Shown: positions 18,654 to 29,167, counted from the stretch's first letter. The stretch: 64,000 nucleotides of DNA from Candidatus Cloacimonadales bacterium (GCA_963674825.1 OY771587.1:1984001-2048000), one strand, 5' to 3'. Notes: generated from the sequence alone by a model not told the origin. Program-made: numbers and translations.

Positions 18654-18679
18654 GGATTCGAATTCCTACAGGCGCGCCA
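18654..18679 (+). other. tRNA 3'-end-like fragment, possible att remnant
   Basis: GGATTCGAATTCCTACAGGCGCGCCA: T-loop-like TTCGAAT plus acceptor-like GGCGCGCCA; no matching 5' half upstream. Confidence 0.4.
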
Positions 18680-18806
18680 TTTTTTTTTTGCCTGAAATCA
18701 GCTATTTGCAATTAGTTTTATCGCTTCCAGTTACAATCCCATGTCATCAATGCGATGGTGCAAATGTGGGCGTGGAATTATCAAGATGTTTGAATCGGTT
18801 CACGGC

Positions 18807-19259
18807 TCAATAATGATATTTCTTGTTATTGAGGATAGTGAAGGCGCGGTAGATTTGCTCGATGAGAACGAGCCGAATCATCTGGTGGGTCATGGTAAAT
18901 CGTGAGCAGCTTAGTACCATATCGGCTCGTTGACGAACACTTTCGTCCATGCCATATACACCGCCAATGATGAATTGGATGTTGTTGTGGCGATTCATCA
19001 GTTCGGCCAGATCAGGACTGGTCATCTCCTTACCATGCTCGTCGAGTGCGATGGTGAAGCCAGGTTCTATTCGCTTGAGGATATGCTCTGACTCGGCCTG
19101 CTTGACGATTTCGATGGTGCCGGTCTTTCGCAGCGGTTGGTCGGGCGTTGCCATCCATTCGATTTTCGCGAATGGACGCAGACGCTTCATGTATTCGTCG
19201 ATTCCTTCCTGAATGAACTGCTGTTTGGTCTTTCCCGGGCTGATGATGCGTATGTTCAT
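18807..19259 (-). CDS. rlmH: 23S rRNA (pseudouridine1915-N3)-methyltransferase
   Basis: ALDEHGKEMTS, FIIGGVYG, MTHQMIRLVLIEQIYRAFTI...KYH SPOUT motifs. Confidence 0.96.
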   Translation of the reverse strand: MNIRIISPGKTKQQFIQEGIDEYMKRLRPFAKIEWMATPDQPLRKTGTIEIVKQAESEHILKRIEPGFTIALDEHGKEMTSPDLAELMNRHNNIQFIIGGVYGMDESVRQRADMVLSCSRFTMTHQMIRLVLIEQIYRAFTILNNKKYHY

Positions 19260-19418
19260 GATTTACCTTCCAAGTTCGTTACCATTCGATACACTCCTGT
19301 GTCGTTATTCAGGATAACACTATGTGGCTAATCAGAATAATCGAAAGTATGATGCCATTGAAATGCAAAACGGGACAGCCTAGCAGCCATCCCGTATGCG
19401 TGTGAAAACGTTTTACAA

Positions 19419-20315
19419 TCAGGCGCAGAGAATTCCTAGCGCCATGGAAAGCATCTTGGTTTCGGCGTTGTCAGCGCGCGATGGAATCAGGATAGGGGCC
19501 TTGGTTCCGACGACGACGTGTGCCACGCGGAAGTTACAGTAATAGGTAAAGGCCTTGCCCATGAAGTTACCCGCTTCGATGTTTGGGACGACCAGGACAT
19601 CGGCGTCGCCAGCTACTTCCGATTCAATTCCTTTCATACGTGCTGCTTCGAGGTTAATTGCGTTATCCAGTGCGAGTGGACCGTCAACGATGCAGTTCTT
19701 GATCTGTCCGCGTTGGTTCATCTTGGCGATAAGCGCGGCATCCAGTGTGCACGGCATCTTGGGGTTAACGACTTCCACTGCCGCCAGCAATGCTACTTTT
19801 GGCATCGGGTTACCGAGTGCGTGACCTACCTTTACGGCGTTTTCTATGATAGCTACTTTCTCATCCACTGTGGGGTAGAGGTTGATTCCTCCATCAGTGA
19901 GCAGCACGACACGTTCCGGTGTTTCCACGGCGAGAACGTCGCTGATGACCTTGGCGGAGCGCAGGCCCTTCTCTTTATCCAGAACGGCTTTGAGAATGGT
20001 TGCTGTTGAACCCTTGCCCTTGAGAATCAGATCGCCTTTTCCTTCACGGATCAGTTCGACAGCCTTGGCGCACGCAGCAGCGATGTCACTACCACAATCG
20101 ATGATTTCAAATGCATCGACAAGCTCTGGGGCGATCTCTTTGAGGTGATTACGGATGAATTCGGCATCGCCGGTCATGATCGAATCGGCGAGGTTTTCGC
20201 GTTTGGCCAGGACAGCCGCTTCGATAGACGCAGGAGATTGCGCCGCGGCGATGACCACTGTCTTGTTGTCGCGTTGTTTCAAGGTTTCCAGAAGCTGGTC
20301 GAAATTCCTGATCAT
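19419..20315 (-). CDS. ptb: Phosphate butyryltransferase / PTA-PTB family
   Basis: LKG..T..ILKAVL, DGPLALDNAI, PNIEAGN, SRAD motifs. Confidence 0.88.
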   Translation of the reverse strand: MIRNFDQLLETLKQRDNKTVVIAAAQSPASIEAAVLAKRENLADSIMTGDAEFIRNHLKEIAPELVDAFEIIDCGSDIAAACAKAVELIREGKGDLILKGKGSTATILKAVLDKEKGLRSAKVISDVLAVETPERVVLLTDGGINLYPTVDEKVAIIENAVKVGHALGNPMPKVALLAAVEVVNPKMPCTLDAALIAKMNQRGQIKNCIVDGPLALDNAINLEAARMKGIESEVAGDADVLVVPNIEAGNFMGKAFTYYCNFRVAHVVVGTKAPILIPSRADNAETKMLSMALGILCA

Positions 20316-20365
20316 GTTGTTCTCCTGTATTCTATAGATTATTTTTTTGCCGCATGTTGATCATT

Positions 20366-21232
20366 CTAAAGGTTATTGTTCAGCAGCATATCGATGTCGG
20401 TTTCGTATTCGTCGTAGGTTTCCCGGAGTATCTGCTTGAGCGCTTGCTTCTGGATCTGGCGAACGCGTTCGCGGCTGAGTCCGAGCTCTTCTGCGATCTG
20501 CGCGAAGTTCTTTCCGTTGTCACCGTCCAGGCCGAAATAAGATTTCAGAATATACGCATCACGAGAAGGAAGCTTGCCAATCGATTCATCGATTTTGTCC
20601 TGAATCTTCTCGCGGTAGTATATCGTTTTGGGATCGAGCATGTCGGGATCTTCCAGAAAATCGCGAAGCTGCACCGTGTCGTTTGAACTCGTGTAGCTAT
20701 AGTCGTCGAGTGAAAGCGTGTCAACAGAGTGCGATTCGACGTTGTTGATTTCCTTGCCGACGAGATTTGTTTCGTCCTCGATATCTTCGATAGTGGCGCT
20801 GTGCCCGGTGCGGTTGAAGATACGTTCACGGGCAGCTTTGATTTTATTGGCGATATTGGTCTTGCCCAGTGGCATACGGATAAGCGATGTCTTTTCCGCA
20901 AGGGCGAAGAGGATGCGCTGTTTGATCCACCATACAGCGTACGAGATCAGCTTGATATTCTTCTCTGGATCGAATTTCTCGATCGCTTTGATCAGGCCCA
21001 TGTTGCCTTCGCTGATCAGTTCCGCCAAGCTCAGCCCACGATTCTGGTAATGCGAAGCGATCTTGACGACGAATTTCAGGTTGGACTGAATTAGCTTGTT
21101 GATCGCTTCCTGGTCTCCGTCACGTGCACGCAGTGCGAGCTCATGCTCTTCCTCGCGGGAAAGCGTGTCGATCGTTGCAATATCGTTTAAGTAGCTTTGC
21201 AGCGCTTTGTCTTCGAATACGTTCTCAGCCAT
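20366..21232 (-). CDS. Sigma-70 family factor (RpoD/RpoS-like, lacks region 1.1)
   Basis: SYLNDI..LSREEE, SNLKFVVKIA, EGNMGLIKAIEKFDP, SYAVWWIKQ, LSRERVRQI. Confidence 0.93.
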   Translation of the reverse strand: MAENVFEDKALQSYLNDIATIDTLSREEEHELALRARDGDQEAINKLIQSNLKFVVKIASHYQNRGLSLAELISEGNMGLIKAIEKFDPEKNIKLISYAVWWIKQRILFALAEKTSLIRMPLGKTNIANKIKAARERIFNRTGHSATIEDIEDETNLVGKEINNVESHSVDTLSLDDYSYTSSNDTVQLRDFLEDPDMLDPKTIYYREKIQDKIDESIGKLPSRDAYILKSYFGLDGDNGKNFAQIAEELGLSRERVRQIQKQALKQILRETYDEYETDIDMLLNNNL

Positions 21233-21239
21233 TTAAACC

Positions 21240-21554
21240 TCAGGTCAGGAACTCTCGTGTATGGTCGCTGACGAAATCGAGCAAGTCTTCCATGCTCATC
21301 TCGAGCTGTTTTGCCAGTTCGAAAACGACTTTTACACCCGAAAAGTTCATTCCCAACTCTTGTGTCAATGTTATTATTAAGGTAATTCGGTCAATATCTT
21401 CCGTGCTGAACACCCGAATGTTCGATTCGGTGCGTTCTGGCGAGATCAATCCCTTGCGTTCATACATGCGGATTGTCTGGTCGTGGATGCCCACGATTTT
21501 AGCTACTTCTCCGATGGAGTAGAGGCGTTCGATGTCACGCGGTATCTCTTTCAT
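21240..21554 (-). CDS. MerR-family regulator, HspR-like
   Basis: YSIGEVAKIVGIHDQTIRMYERKGLISPERTESNIRVFS..D..LTQELGMN. Confidence 0.85.
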   Translation of the reverse strand: MKEIPRDIERLYSIGEVAKIVGIHDQTIRMYERKGLISPERTESNIRVFSTEDIDRITLIITLTQELGMNFSGVKVVFELAKQLEMSMEDLLDFVSDHTREFLT

Positions 21555-22639
21555 GGTGCCTCGATCGGTGGCAATATCGTGAGCGGATCAATCGCCTTGC
21601 CTTGCACACGATACTCGAAATGCAGGTGAGGCCCGGTGGATTTCCCGGTGTTTCCCAGTGTGGCTATAGGCTGGCCTTTCTTCACGGTATCGCCCAGACG
21701 AACCAGGTTAGCGTCATTGTGCGCATAGACGGTCATGACATAATCCTTATGCTCGAGGATCACCACATTGCCGTAGCCGCGTTGTTTTCCGGCAAACACT
21801 ACCTTTCCATCCAGAACCGCGGATATCGGTTCACCAAGCGGCGCAGAGATATCGACACCCTTGTGCGGCTTGCCTGCACGGATGCCGAATTCGGAAGTAA
21901 TCGTCCCTTTGAGTGGAGCGATGATACCGCTGGGTTTCTTCACATCTTTCGGCGGAATTGGTTTCGAGATCACTTCACGCTTCGTGCCGCTCACAGAAAG
22001 TTTCTGCCCGATCTCGATCGTGTTCGAGGTCAGGTCATTAAGCTCTTTCAACTCATCGACTTTCATGCCGTACATCTGCGAGATGCGGTAAAGGGTCTCG
22101 CCTTTTTTCACGATATGGTAGCCGGTCGATTCCTTCAGCGTTGTTTTAGGTGTTTCCGGCTCCGGCGTTTTATCAGCTACAGGCTTCGATCCGGTAGTAT
22201 GGCCTGGTTCGAGCCAGATTTTCTGTCCAGCCTGGATGTCGAATGTCTCCAGATTATTGTAATCGAGAACGTCCAGGATCTCGAGATTGTACATCTTGGA
22301 TATCCGATATACCGTCTCGCCTTTCTCCACGAGGTGATAGCGCGATTCGGGGATATCCCTCTTGGTGACGTACTCGGTTTTCTGGTCGTAGTGCGGCGTC
22401 AGGTAAATCTTCTGTCCTATGAAGATGTCATTCGACGTCAGGTTGTTATAAAGCATAAGCTTGTTAACCGGTATCCCGTGTTTCTGGCTGATGCTGTATA
22501 ACGTGTCGCCGTGACGCACGATATGGTACTCCTTCGATGGTGTGACATACACAGCGCTGCTGCGCAGGCCGTACCAGCTTTCAATCCCCAACAGTAGAAT
22601 CAGTAGAATCAGGAGCTTAATATTTGATCTGGAAATCAT
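21551..22639 (-). CDS. 3x LysM + M23 peptidase (NlpD-like)
   Basis: Three H.V..G.T.Y.IS LysM repeats; HKGVD, YAH and HLHFE M23 motifs. Confidence 0.92.
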   Translation of the reverse strand: MISRSNIKLLILLILLLGIESWYGLRSSAVYVTPSKEYHIVRHGDTLYSISQKHGIPVNKLMLYNNLTSNDIFIGQKIYLTPHYDQKTEYVTKRDIPESRYHLVEKGETVYRISKMYNLEILDVLDYNNLETFDIQAGQKIWLEPGHTTGSKPVADKTPEPETPKTTLKESTGYHIVKKGETLYRISQMYGMKVDELKELNDLTSNTIEIGQKLSVSGTKREVISKPIPPKDVKKPSGIIAPLKGTITSEFGIRAGKPHKGVDISAPLGEPISAVLDGKVVFAGKQRGYGNVVILEHKDYVMTVYAHNDANLVRLGDTVKKGQPIATLGNTGKSTGPHLHFEYRVQGKAIDPLTILPPIEAP

Positions 22640-22889
22640 GTTCTGCTACAGGTTGGCCGGATGGCTGGATATCGATTTCTGTTACGGAGGCGAACATAGG
22701 CCCCTTACGAAGCATGTGAATGAACTCGCTCATATTGCTCTCGGAGCCACTCGCGAGTATTTCCACTGTGCCATTCGAAGCATTACGTACAGAGCCGCGA
22801 ATATCGAGCAGTCTGGCAGTCTTCAGGCAGAAAAACCGGTACCCGACTCCCTGGACTCTTCCCGATAATGTGATCTTGTAGGTTTCCAC
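22617..22889 (-). CDS. acyP: Acylphosphatase
   Basis: GRVQGVGYR, GSVRN..GTVE; probable GTG start at 22889. Confidence 0.9.
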   Translation of the reverse strand: METYKITLSGRVQGVGYRFFCLKTARLLDIRGSVRNASNGTVEILASGSESNMSEFIHMLRKGPMFASVTEIDIQPSGQPVAEHDFQIKY

Positions 22890-23043
22890 GTCGCATCCTG
22901 TATTTATTAATTTCTGGAATATGAACAGTGAGGGTATTTCTGTCAATTGATAAATCACTGGAAATTCGAACGAAGGCTGTTTCACAAAAAAGAGAATACA
23001 AGTGGGATAACATTTATTAATGCTGTAACTTGAAGATAGTTAG

Positions 23044-23493
23044 TTACTTGAATCCCTTCATTGCCCGGTCCATGTCTCTTCGCTCATCGCGCTCTTTGAC
23101 TGTGTCGCTTTTATCGTAAGTGTGCTTACCCTTTGCCAATGCCAGCGTCACTTTTGCCAGGCCGCTGTCGTTGATGAAAACATCTTTTGGGATAAGGGTC
23201 ATACCCTTCTCTTCGATTTTCGAGAGCAGTTTTTTAATCTCGCGGCGATGCAGAAGAAGCTTACGACGACGTTCTGGATCGTGGTTGAAATACGTTCCTT
23301 TCTCATACGGGCTGATATGAAGGTTCACCAGCCATACTTCGCCATTATCGATCCGTGCGTATGAATCCTTGAAATTCATCTTACCATCACGAAGCGACTT
23401 GATCTCAGTGCCGGTGAGGACGATCCCCGCTTCTACTTCCTCGATGAAAAAATACTGGAAGCTAGCCTTTCTGTTTTTAAATCTCTTTACCAT
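23044..23493 (-). CDS. smpB: SsrA-binding protein
   Basis: NRKA...EAGIVLTGTEIKSLR, RKLLLHRREI, KGKHTYDK; probable start MVKRF at 23493. Confidence 0.96.
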   Translation of the reverse strand: MVKRFKNRKASFQYFFIEEVEAGIVLTGTEIKSLRDGKMNFKDSYARIDNGEVWLVNLHISPYEKGTYFNHDPERRRKLLLHRREIKKLLSKIEEKGMTLIPKDVFINDSGLAKVTLALAKGKHTYDKSDTVKERDERRDMDRAMKGFK

Positions 23494-23640
23494 AATTTCC
23501 TCGGAGAGAGAATCCTTGAACCCATCTAACCCGTCAATAGATAATTCACAAAGGCTAAAATTCTCGTTCACAACACGTACCGCAACCGGCTGAAACGTAT
23601 AAAGGAACATTTCTTGCATGCGTAACACCCAACTAAAACC

Positions 23641-26600
23641 ATGGAGTACGTTATGAAACGATTAACCGGGGGGAGAAGTATCCGTGCATACTTCATCATT
23701 GCTATTTTGTTAGCCTTCAGTATCTTATCCGCATACGAACTGGATCTGGACAGCCCCAATGACCAGCCTCTGTTCAAATGTACTGAGTCAAACAGTAGTT
23801 TCACCGAGTTCACGTTCAATCTCAGCAATATGGAAGTAATTGAAGAGACAATCAATGGACGGAACTATCAACATTTATGGCATAATAGCGCAGCTTACAC
23901 GCTCGACGAAGGTATGCCTGAATTGCCGATTTTCAGCACCATGATCGCTGTTCCTGATAATGGTACTGTGTCGTTTGAAATTGTAAACCAGATTTACCGT
24001 ACGCTCAATGGCTATTACATATATCCTTCCCAAGGTGTTCATCTCGATGGAGCGCCGCATGGTTTCTTGATCAACAGCGAATTCTATAATGGCAAAGGCA
24101 CATTCGAACCGGAAAAAGTGCTTGTTGGCGACCCTGCTGTAATGCGTGACTGGCGTGTAGTTCCAGTCAATATTCAGCCCGTTGTATGGGATGCCCGTAC
24201 CGGTGACCTTCGGGTTATTACTGAAATGACAGTGCGCCTGAACTACTCGAACGAGCCCGGACCGAACGAGCTCGATCACAGCAATCATAAATACTCTCGC
24301 TCTTTTGAAGCGACCTATTCAGGTATCCTGAATTATACACTGGTTCGTGACGAAGATCCTGAATACCAAGCTCCCAGCGTGCTTGTTATCCATCCCAATA
24401 TTGCGGATGTAAACACACAGATCAGCACCTATGTTGGCTGGAAACGAAACAAGGGTTACTATGTTGTCGATGCGACGACGGATGAAACCGGAACCACCAA
24501 CACGAGCATTAAAAACTATATCCAGGACCTGTACGAAACAGCCGAGAATCCACCGGAGTACGTCGTTCTGGTCGGTGACACGGGCGGATCCATCGCGATC
24601 CCACACTGGACCGAAAACTACAGCTATTATAATGGTGAGGGCGACCATCCTTACACTCTGCTGGCTGGTGACGACTACCTCAGCGATGTGTTCATCGGAC
24701 GTATCTCGGTATCGAGTGTGACCGACCTGATGGTTTACCTTGCCAAGATGAATATCTACGAACGTGACGTAAACCTTGATTACCTGGACATGTTCCATGA
24801 AAGTCTTCTGGTTGGCGATACGAGTCCTTCTGGATTCTCCTGCCAGGTTACGAACAAATACGTAAAAGACCAGATTCTTATGGGTGATCCCGAACATACA
24901 TTCACTGAGCTCTACGCTGCAGACCCCAGCCCGAACGATATGGACAACGCGCTCGATAGCGGCGTTCTATTCTTCAACTACCGTGGCTATATCGGAATGA
25001 GTGGCTGGGGAACCGGCAACATCAGTGGTCTTTCCAATACAAACAAGCTTTGTAACGCAACAATTATTACCTGCGATACCGGTTCATTCTCCGGAACCTC
25101 GCGGACGGAAGTGTTTATTCGTGCCGGAACTCCTACAGCTCCCAAAGGCGCTGTCTCTGCGATCGGTATGTCAACTTCCGGTACGCACACCCAGTTCAAC
25201 AACATCCTCGATGGCGGTATCTACTATGGTATCGAGTCACTTGGTATGAGAACCATAGGTGAAGCACATAACTACGGAAAGGTTCAATTCTATAACGCAT
25301 ACTGGAACGTTGCTCAAAACTACGTTAACATGTTCACGCACTGGTTCAACCAGATGGGCGAGCCGGTTCTCAATATCTGGGTTGCGGAACCGCTTGAGAT
25401 GAACGTATCTTACGATGATTCCGTTCCGTTGGGTCAAGGCTTCCTTGAAGTGAACGTTACCGATGCCGAAGGTTATCCGATCGAAGGCGCATGGGTAACA
25501 GCTCGTAACACGGACGAATCCGTTTACGCATCCGGTTACACCAGTAACCTCGGCTCCATTGTTCTTGAAATCGACGGCGAAAACGCCGGCAACGTCACAT
25601 TGATCGTGACCAAAGAAGACCATATCCCGCATCTTGGTTCGTTCACCATCGAATCGACAGGCGGACTTTCATATTACTCCTCCGCGATCGACGATTCGCA
25701 GGGAAACAATAACGGCAACATTGAGCCAGGTGAGACCATCGAACTGGTTGTTTCACTGGCAAACTACAGCACCAGCAGTCACAGTGGCGTGCAGGCTGAA
25801 TTGATCTGTAACGATCCGTACATCGAGATCGATACGGCCGACGGAGATTACGGAACCATCGCTGCAGGCGGAACCGCCGAAGTCAGCTCTCCGTACGTCT
25901 TCACGATCAGTCCTGATGCTCCGGACAACCACAGGCTGCCCGTATTGCTCAACATCACCGATGATAGTAACAACGATTGGGCAAGCCGCTTCTGGCTTAC
26001 AATCTCAGGCAACGATATCGATATCGAATCTCTGCAAGTCATCGACGGCAACAACACCATGGATCCCGGCGATACCGTTGAACTTCGTTTCACGGTTGTC
26101 AATAACGGACAAACCGACCTCAGCGACGTTTATGGCGAGATTCGCTCTCTGAACGGCCTGATCGGTGTCAACGATTCCATTGCCTTCTTCGGTGACCTCA
26201 ACGCCGGTCAGTCAGCTACCTGTACTACCGACGCGTTCGAAGTTTACTCCATGGCTCAGATTCTCCCCGGAATGCAGATTCAGCTCGAACTGACTCTGTT
26301 CAACAGCGATGGATACGAAGAAGAAGAGATCGCACTCCTGCCCATCGGTAACGTAACGACAACCGATCCGATCGGTCCCGACTCCTATGGTTATGTATGC
26401 TACGATAGTGGCGATACCGGATATATCGATGCACCGGTTTACGAATGGATCGAAATCAATCCCAGCGATGGTGGTCAGGGAACTGATACCAACATCGGTG
26501 ATACTGCCATCGAATACGGTTCGATCGGTTACTTCGATCTGCCGTTTACCTTCTCCTTCTACGGTGAAGAATACGACAACATCGGAATCTGCTCCAACGG

Positions 26601-29148
26601 TTTCGTTACCTTCGGTTATCCCGAAACAGAAAACGTTACCTTCCGTAACTGGCCTATCCCGGGCGCAATGGGAACCAGCCCGATGATTGCTGGTTTCTGG
26701 GAAGATCTGGTAACAAATTCCAGCAGCAATATCTACTACTGGTATGACGACGAATCAACTTATCCGGCTTACATTATCCAGTACGATAATTGCCAGATTG
26801 CCACTGGTGGTAACGTTACATTCGAGATCATTCTCTACGATCCCGAATTTTATGAAACACCGCAAGGCGATGGCGTAATCAAGATACAGTACCAGGATTT
26901 TAATAACACTGATGGATCGAACGAAGCCAGTGGTTTCCAGGGTAACTACTGTACCATTGGTATCGAAAACCACACCGGTGCGGACGGTCTGCAATACACC
27001 TACGATGACACTTATCCGGTTGGTGCGATGGAACTCGCGGACAACACCGCGATCCTCTTCACCGGTATTCCGATTATCTTCCCGGATTCGTACCTGATGC
27101 TCGGCGATGTCGTGGTTATGGACGAAAACGGTAGCTGTATCGTTGATGCCGGCGAATCGGTCAACCTGGGTGTGTTCCTTCAGAACGTTGGTCTGACCGA
27201 GACCACAGGCGCGTTTGCAGAACTTTCCTGCTACGACCCGTATGTAACGGTTACCGCCGACACATCATCCTATCAGGCGATTGCCAGTGGTCAGTCCGCT
27301 TCCAATACGTCATACTTCACCTTCGAAACCCAGCCTTATACACCGGATAATCATGTTGCGACATTCGAAATCACCGTAGAGAACGGCGATGGCGAATGGG
27401 ATTACTTCTTCACGGTTGTGATCCGCAAGCCGAACGTGACGGTTCTTTCGTCCATGATCAACGATATCGATCAGAACAACAACGGTGTGATGGATCCTGG
27501 TGAGACAGCTCAATTGATTATCAACCTGTCGAACGATTCTATGTCGGCTGCCGAAAACGTGACAGCGACTCTTTCGACCGATAGCGAATACATCACCATT
27601 ACAAACGCCGAAGTTGATTATGGAACGATCCAGCCCGGTCACAACCGGCAACAGGCCTTCACCATTACCGTCAGTGAAGACGCTGAAACACCTGGCTCGG
27701 CTCAGTTCAACCTCTATGTCGATTACCTCAACGACGAAGGCTTCAACTACACCTTCCCGATGGGTATTGGCGACTGGGGATTCCAGGAAAGCTTCGAAAA
27801 CGATAACGGCGGCTTCTATTCCTATGCTGGCTGGCAGTACGGTATTCCGAGCATTGGCGCGCATTCCGGTGAGAAATGCTGGGCGACGCACATCGCTTCG
27901 GATTACGGCAACAACGTAAGCTGGTATCTGAATACCGAGCGTTTCTTTATCGGCGACAATACATGGCTCACCTTCTGGCAGTACTACGATACGGAACTCG
28001 GATACGACGGCGGTAACGTCAAGATCTCCGATTCCAATGGTATCGCCTGGGAAGTCATCTATCCTGAGGGTGGTTATCCTACATCTCAGATCAGCTCATC
28101 AGCATCCGGTGTTGGTGGCGAGCCCGGCTTCACCGGCGATTCCGGCGGTTGGCAGCAGGTTTCTTTCGACCTCTCGGAATACTCCGGCAGCGAGATCAAT
28201 CTCCGCTGGCATTTCGGAACGAATGGTTCCAACGTGAACTACGGTTGGGCGATCGACGACGTGGTCGTCTCGGGTGGTCAGGAACGCTCCGGCATCATCA
28301 ACGGTAACGTAGCGCTTAGCGCTCCCTACGGAGAAGTGGAAGAAGCCGAGATTACCGTAGGCAACTATACGGTATGCCCGAATGACGATGGCGATTATAC
28401 GCTCTACGTACCGGGTGGTCTTTACGACCTGACCGCTACGCTTCCGGGATTCGAAACCGGATTGTACGAAGATATCTCTATCGAAGCGGGTGAAGTGCTC
28501 GACGAATACGATTTCGAGCTCAATTACCTCTGTCCGGCTACCGAGTTTGCGGCTGATCTGGATAGCGAAACTGGCGAAGTGCATCTGTCATGGGAATACA
28601 ATCCTCCGACACTCGTGCGAGATGGCAGCAGCAAGGAATCCACGATGGATCGCGAGCTGTTTGTCCAGTTCAACATCTACAAACAGATCGAGAGTGGCTA
28701 CTTTGTGATGGCTGACAGCACCACGGATCAGGAATTCGACGACGTGATCGATATGAGCCGCGTGTATCGCTACTACGTTACCGCTCTCTACGATGTTGGC
28801 GAAAGCCTTCCTACCGAAATCGTCACCGTGAATGGCTACATGGATGGCAACTCGAGCAGCATCCCCGAATTCGTGAACAACCTCGAGAGCAACTACCCGA
28901 ACCCGTTCAATCCAGAGACGAGCATTGCGTTCTCGATCGAGAAACCGGGCAATGTCACCCTTAAGGTTTACAACGTGAAAGGTCAGTTGGTCAAAACGCT
29001 GGTTAACGACAAGCTGAACAGCGGACGCCACGTCATCACATGGCAGGGCAAGTCCGACAACGGCAAGTCGGTATCCTCGGGTATCTACTTCTACCGTCTC
29101 GAAACAGACAAATACGCCCAGACCCGCAAGGCGCTTCTCCTGAAGTAG
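23641..29148 (+). CDS. Gingipain-like C25 peptidase-family protein with propeptide, Ig-like/adhesin domains and FlgD-Ig CTD
   Basis: GMPELP propeptide; PEYVVLVGD, VFIGRIS, NYRGY, TCDTG and NQMGEP C25-like motifs; repeated NNNG..PGET modules; ends NYPNPFNP...KALLLK. Confidence 0.88.
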   Translation: MEYVMKRLTGGRSIRAYFIIAILLAFSILSAYELDLDSPNDQPLFKCTESNSSFTEFTFNLSNMEVIEETINGRNYQHLWHNSAAYTLDEGMPELPIFSTMIAVPDNGTVSFEIVNQIYRTLNGYYIYPSQGVHLDGAPHGFLINSEFYNGKGTFEPEKVLVGDPAVMRDWRVVPVNIQPVVWDARTGDLRVITEMTVRLNYSNEPGPNELDHSNHKYSRSFEATYSGILNYTLVRDEDPEYQAPSVLVIHPNIADVNTQISTYVGWKRNKGYYVVDATTDETGTTNTSIKNYIQDLYETAENPPEYVVLVGDTGGSIAIPHWTENYSYYNGEGDHPYTLLAGDDYLSDVFIGRISVSSVTDLMVYLAKMNIYERDVNLDYLDMFHESLLVGDTSPSGFSCQVTNKYVKDQILMGDPEHTFTELYAADPSPNDMDNALDSGVLFFNYRGYIGMSGWGTGNISGLSNTNKLCNATIITCDTGSFSGTSRTEVFIRAGTPTAPKGAVSAIGMSTSGTHTQFNNILDGGIYYGIESLGMRTIGEAHNYGKVQFYNAYWNVAQNYVNMFTHWFNQMGEPVLNIWVAEPLEMNVSYDDSVPLGQGFLEVNVTDAEGYPIEGAWVTARNTDESVYASGYTSNLGSIVLEIDGENAGNVTLIVTKEDHIPHLGSFTIESTGGLSYYSSAIDDSQGNNNGNIEPGETIELVVSLANYSTSSHSGVQAELICNDPYIEIDTADGDYGTIAAGGTAEVSSPYVFTISPDAPDNHRLPVLLNITDDSNNDWASRFWLTISGNDIDIESLQVIDGNNTMDPGDTVELRFTVVNNGQTDLSDVYGEIRSLNGLIGVNDSIAFFGDLNAGQSATCTTDAFEVYSMAQILPGMQIQLELTLFNSDGYEEEEIALLPIGNVTTTDPIGPDSYGYVCYDSGDTGYIDAPVYEWIEINPSDGGQGTDTNIGDTAIEYGSIGYFDLPFTFSFYGEEYDNIGICSNGFVTFGYPETENVTFRNWPIPGAMGTSPMIAGFWEDLVTNSSSNIYYWYDDESTYPAYIIQYDNCQIATGGNVTFEIILYDPEFYETPQGDGVIKIQYQDFNNTDGSNEASGFQGNYCTIGIENHTGADGLQYTYDDTYPVGAMELADNTAILFTGIPIIFPDSYLMLGDVVVMDENGSCIVDAGESVNLGVFLQNVGLTETTGAFAELSCYDPYVTVTADTSSYQAIASGQSASNTSYFTFETQPYTPDNHVATFEITVENGDGEWDYFFTVVIRKPNVTVLSSMINDIDQNNNGVMDPGETAQLIINLSNDSMSAAENVTATLSTDSEYITITNAEVDYGTIQPGHNRQQAFTITVSEDAETPGSAQFNLYVDYLNDEGFNYTFPMGIGDWGFQESFENDNGGFYSYAGWQYGIPSIGAHSGEKCWATHIASDYGNNVSWYLNTERFFIGDNTWLTFWQYYDTELGYDGGNVKISDSNGIAWEVIYPEGGYPTSQISSSASGVGGEPGFTGDSGGWQQVSFDLSEYSGSEINLRWHFGTNGSNVNYGWAIDDVVVSGGQERSGIINGNVALSAPYGEVEEAEITVGNYTVCPNDDGDYTLYVPGGLYDLTATLPGFETGLYEDISIEAGEVLDEYDFELNYLCPATEFAADLDSETGEVHLSWEYNPPTLVRDGSSKESTMDRELFVQFNIYKQIESGYFVMADSTTDQEFDDVIDMSRVYRYYVTALYDVGESLPTEIVTVNGYMDGNSSSIPEFVNNLESNYPNPFNPETSIAFSIEKPGNVTLKVYNVKGQLVKTLVNDKLNSGRHVITWQGKSDNGKSVSSGIYFYRLETDKYAQTRKALLLK

Positions 29149-29167
29149 CCCTGCGTTTCAGACATAT

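Noticed and set aside
18604..18679. Intact tRNA gene
   Set aside because: No 5' acceptor strand, D-arm or anticodon arm can be folded.
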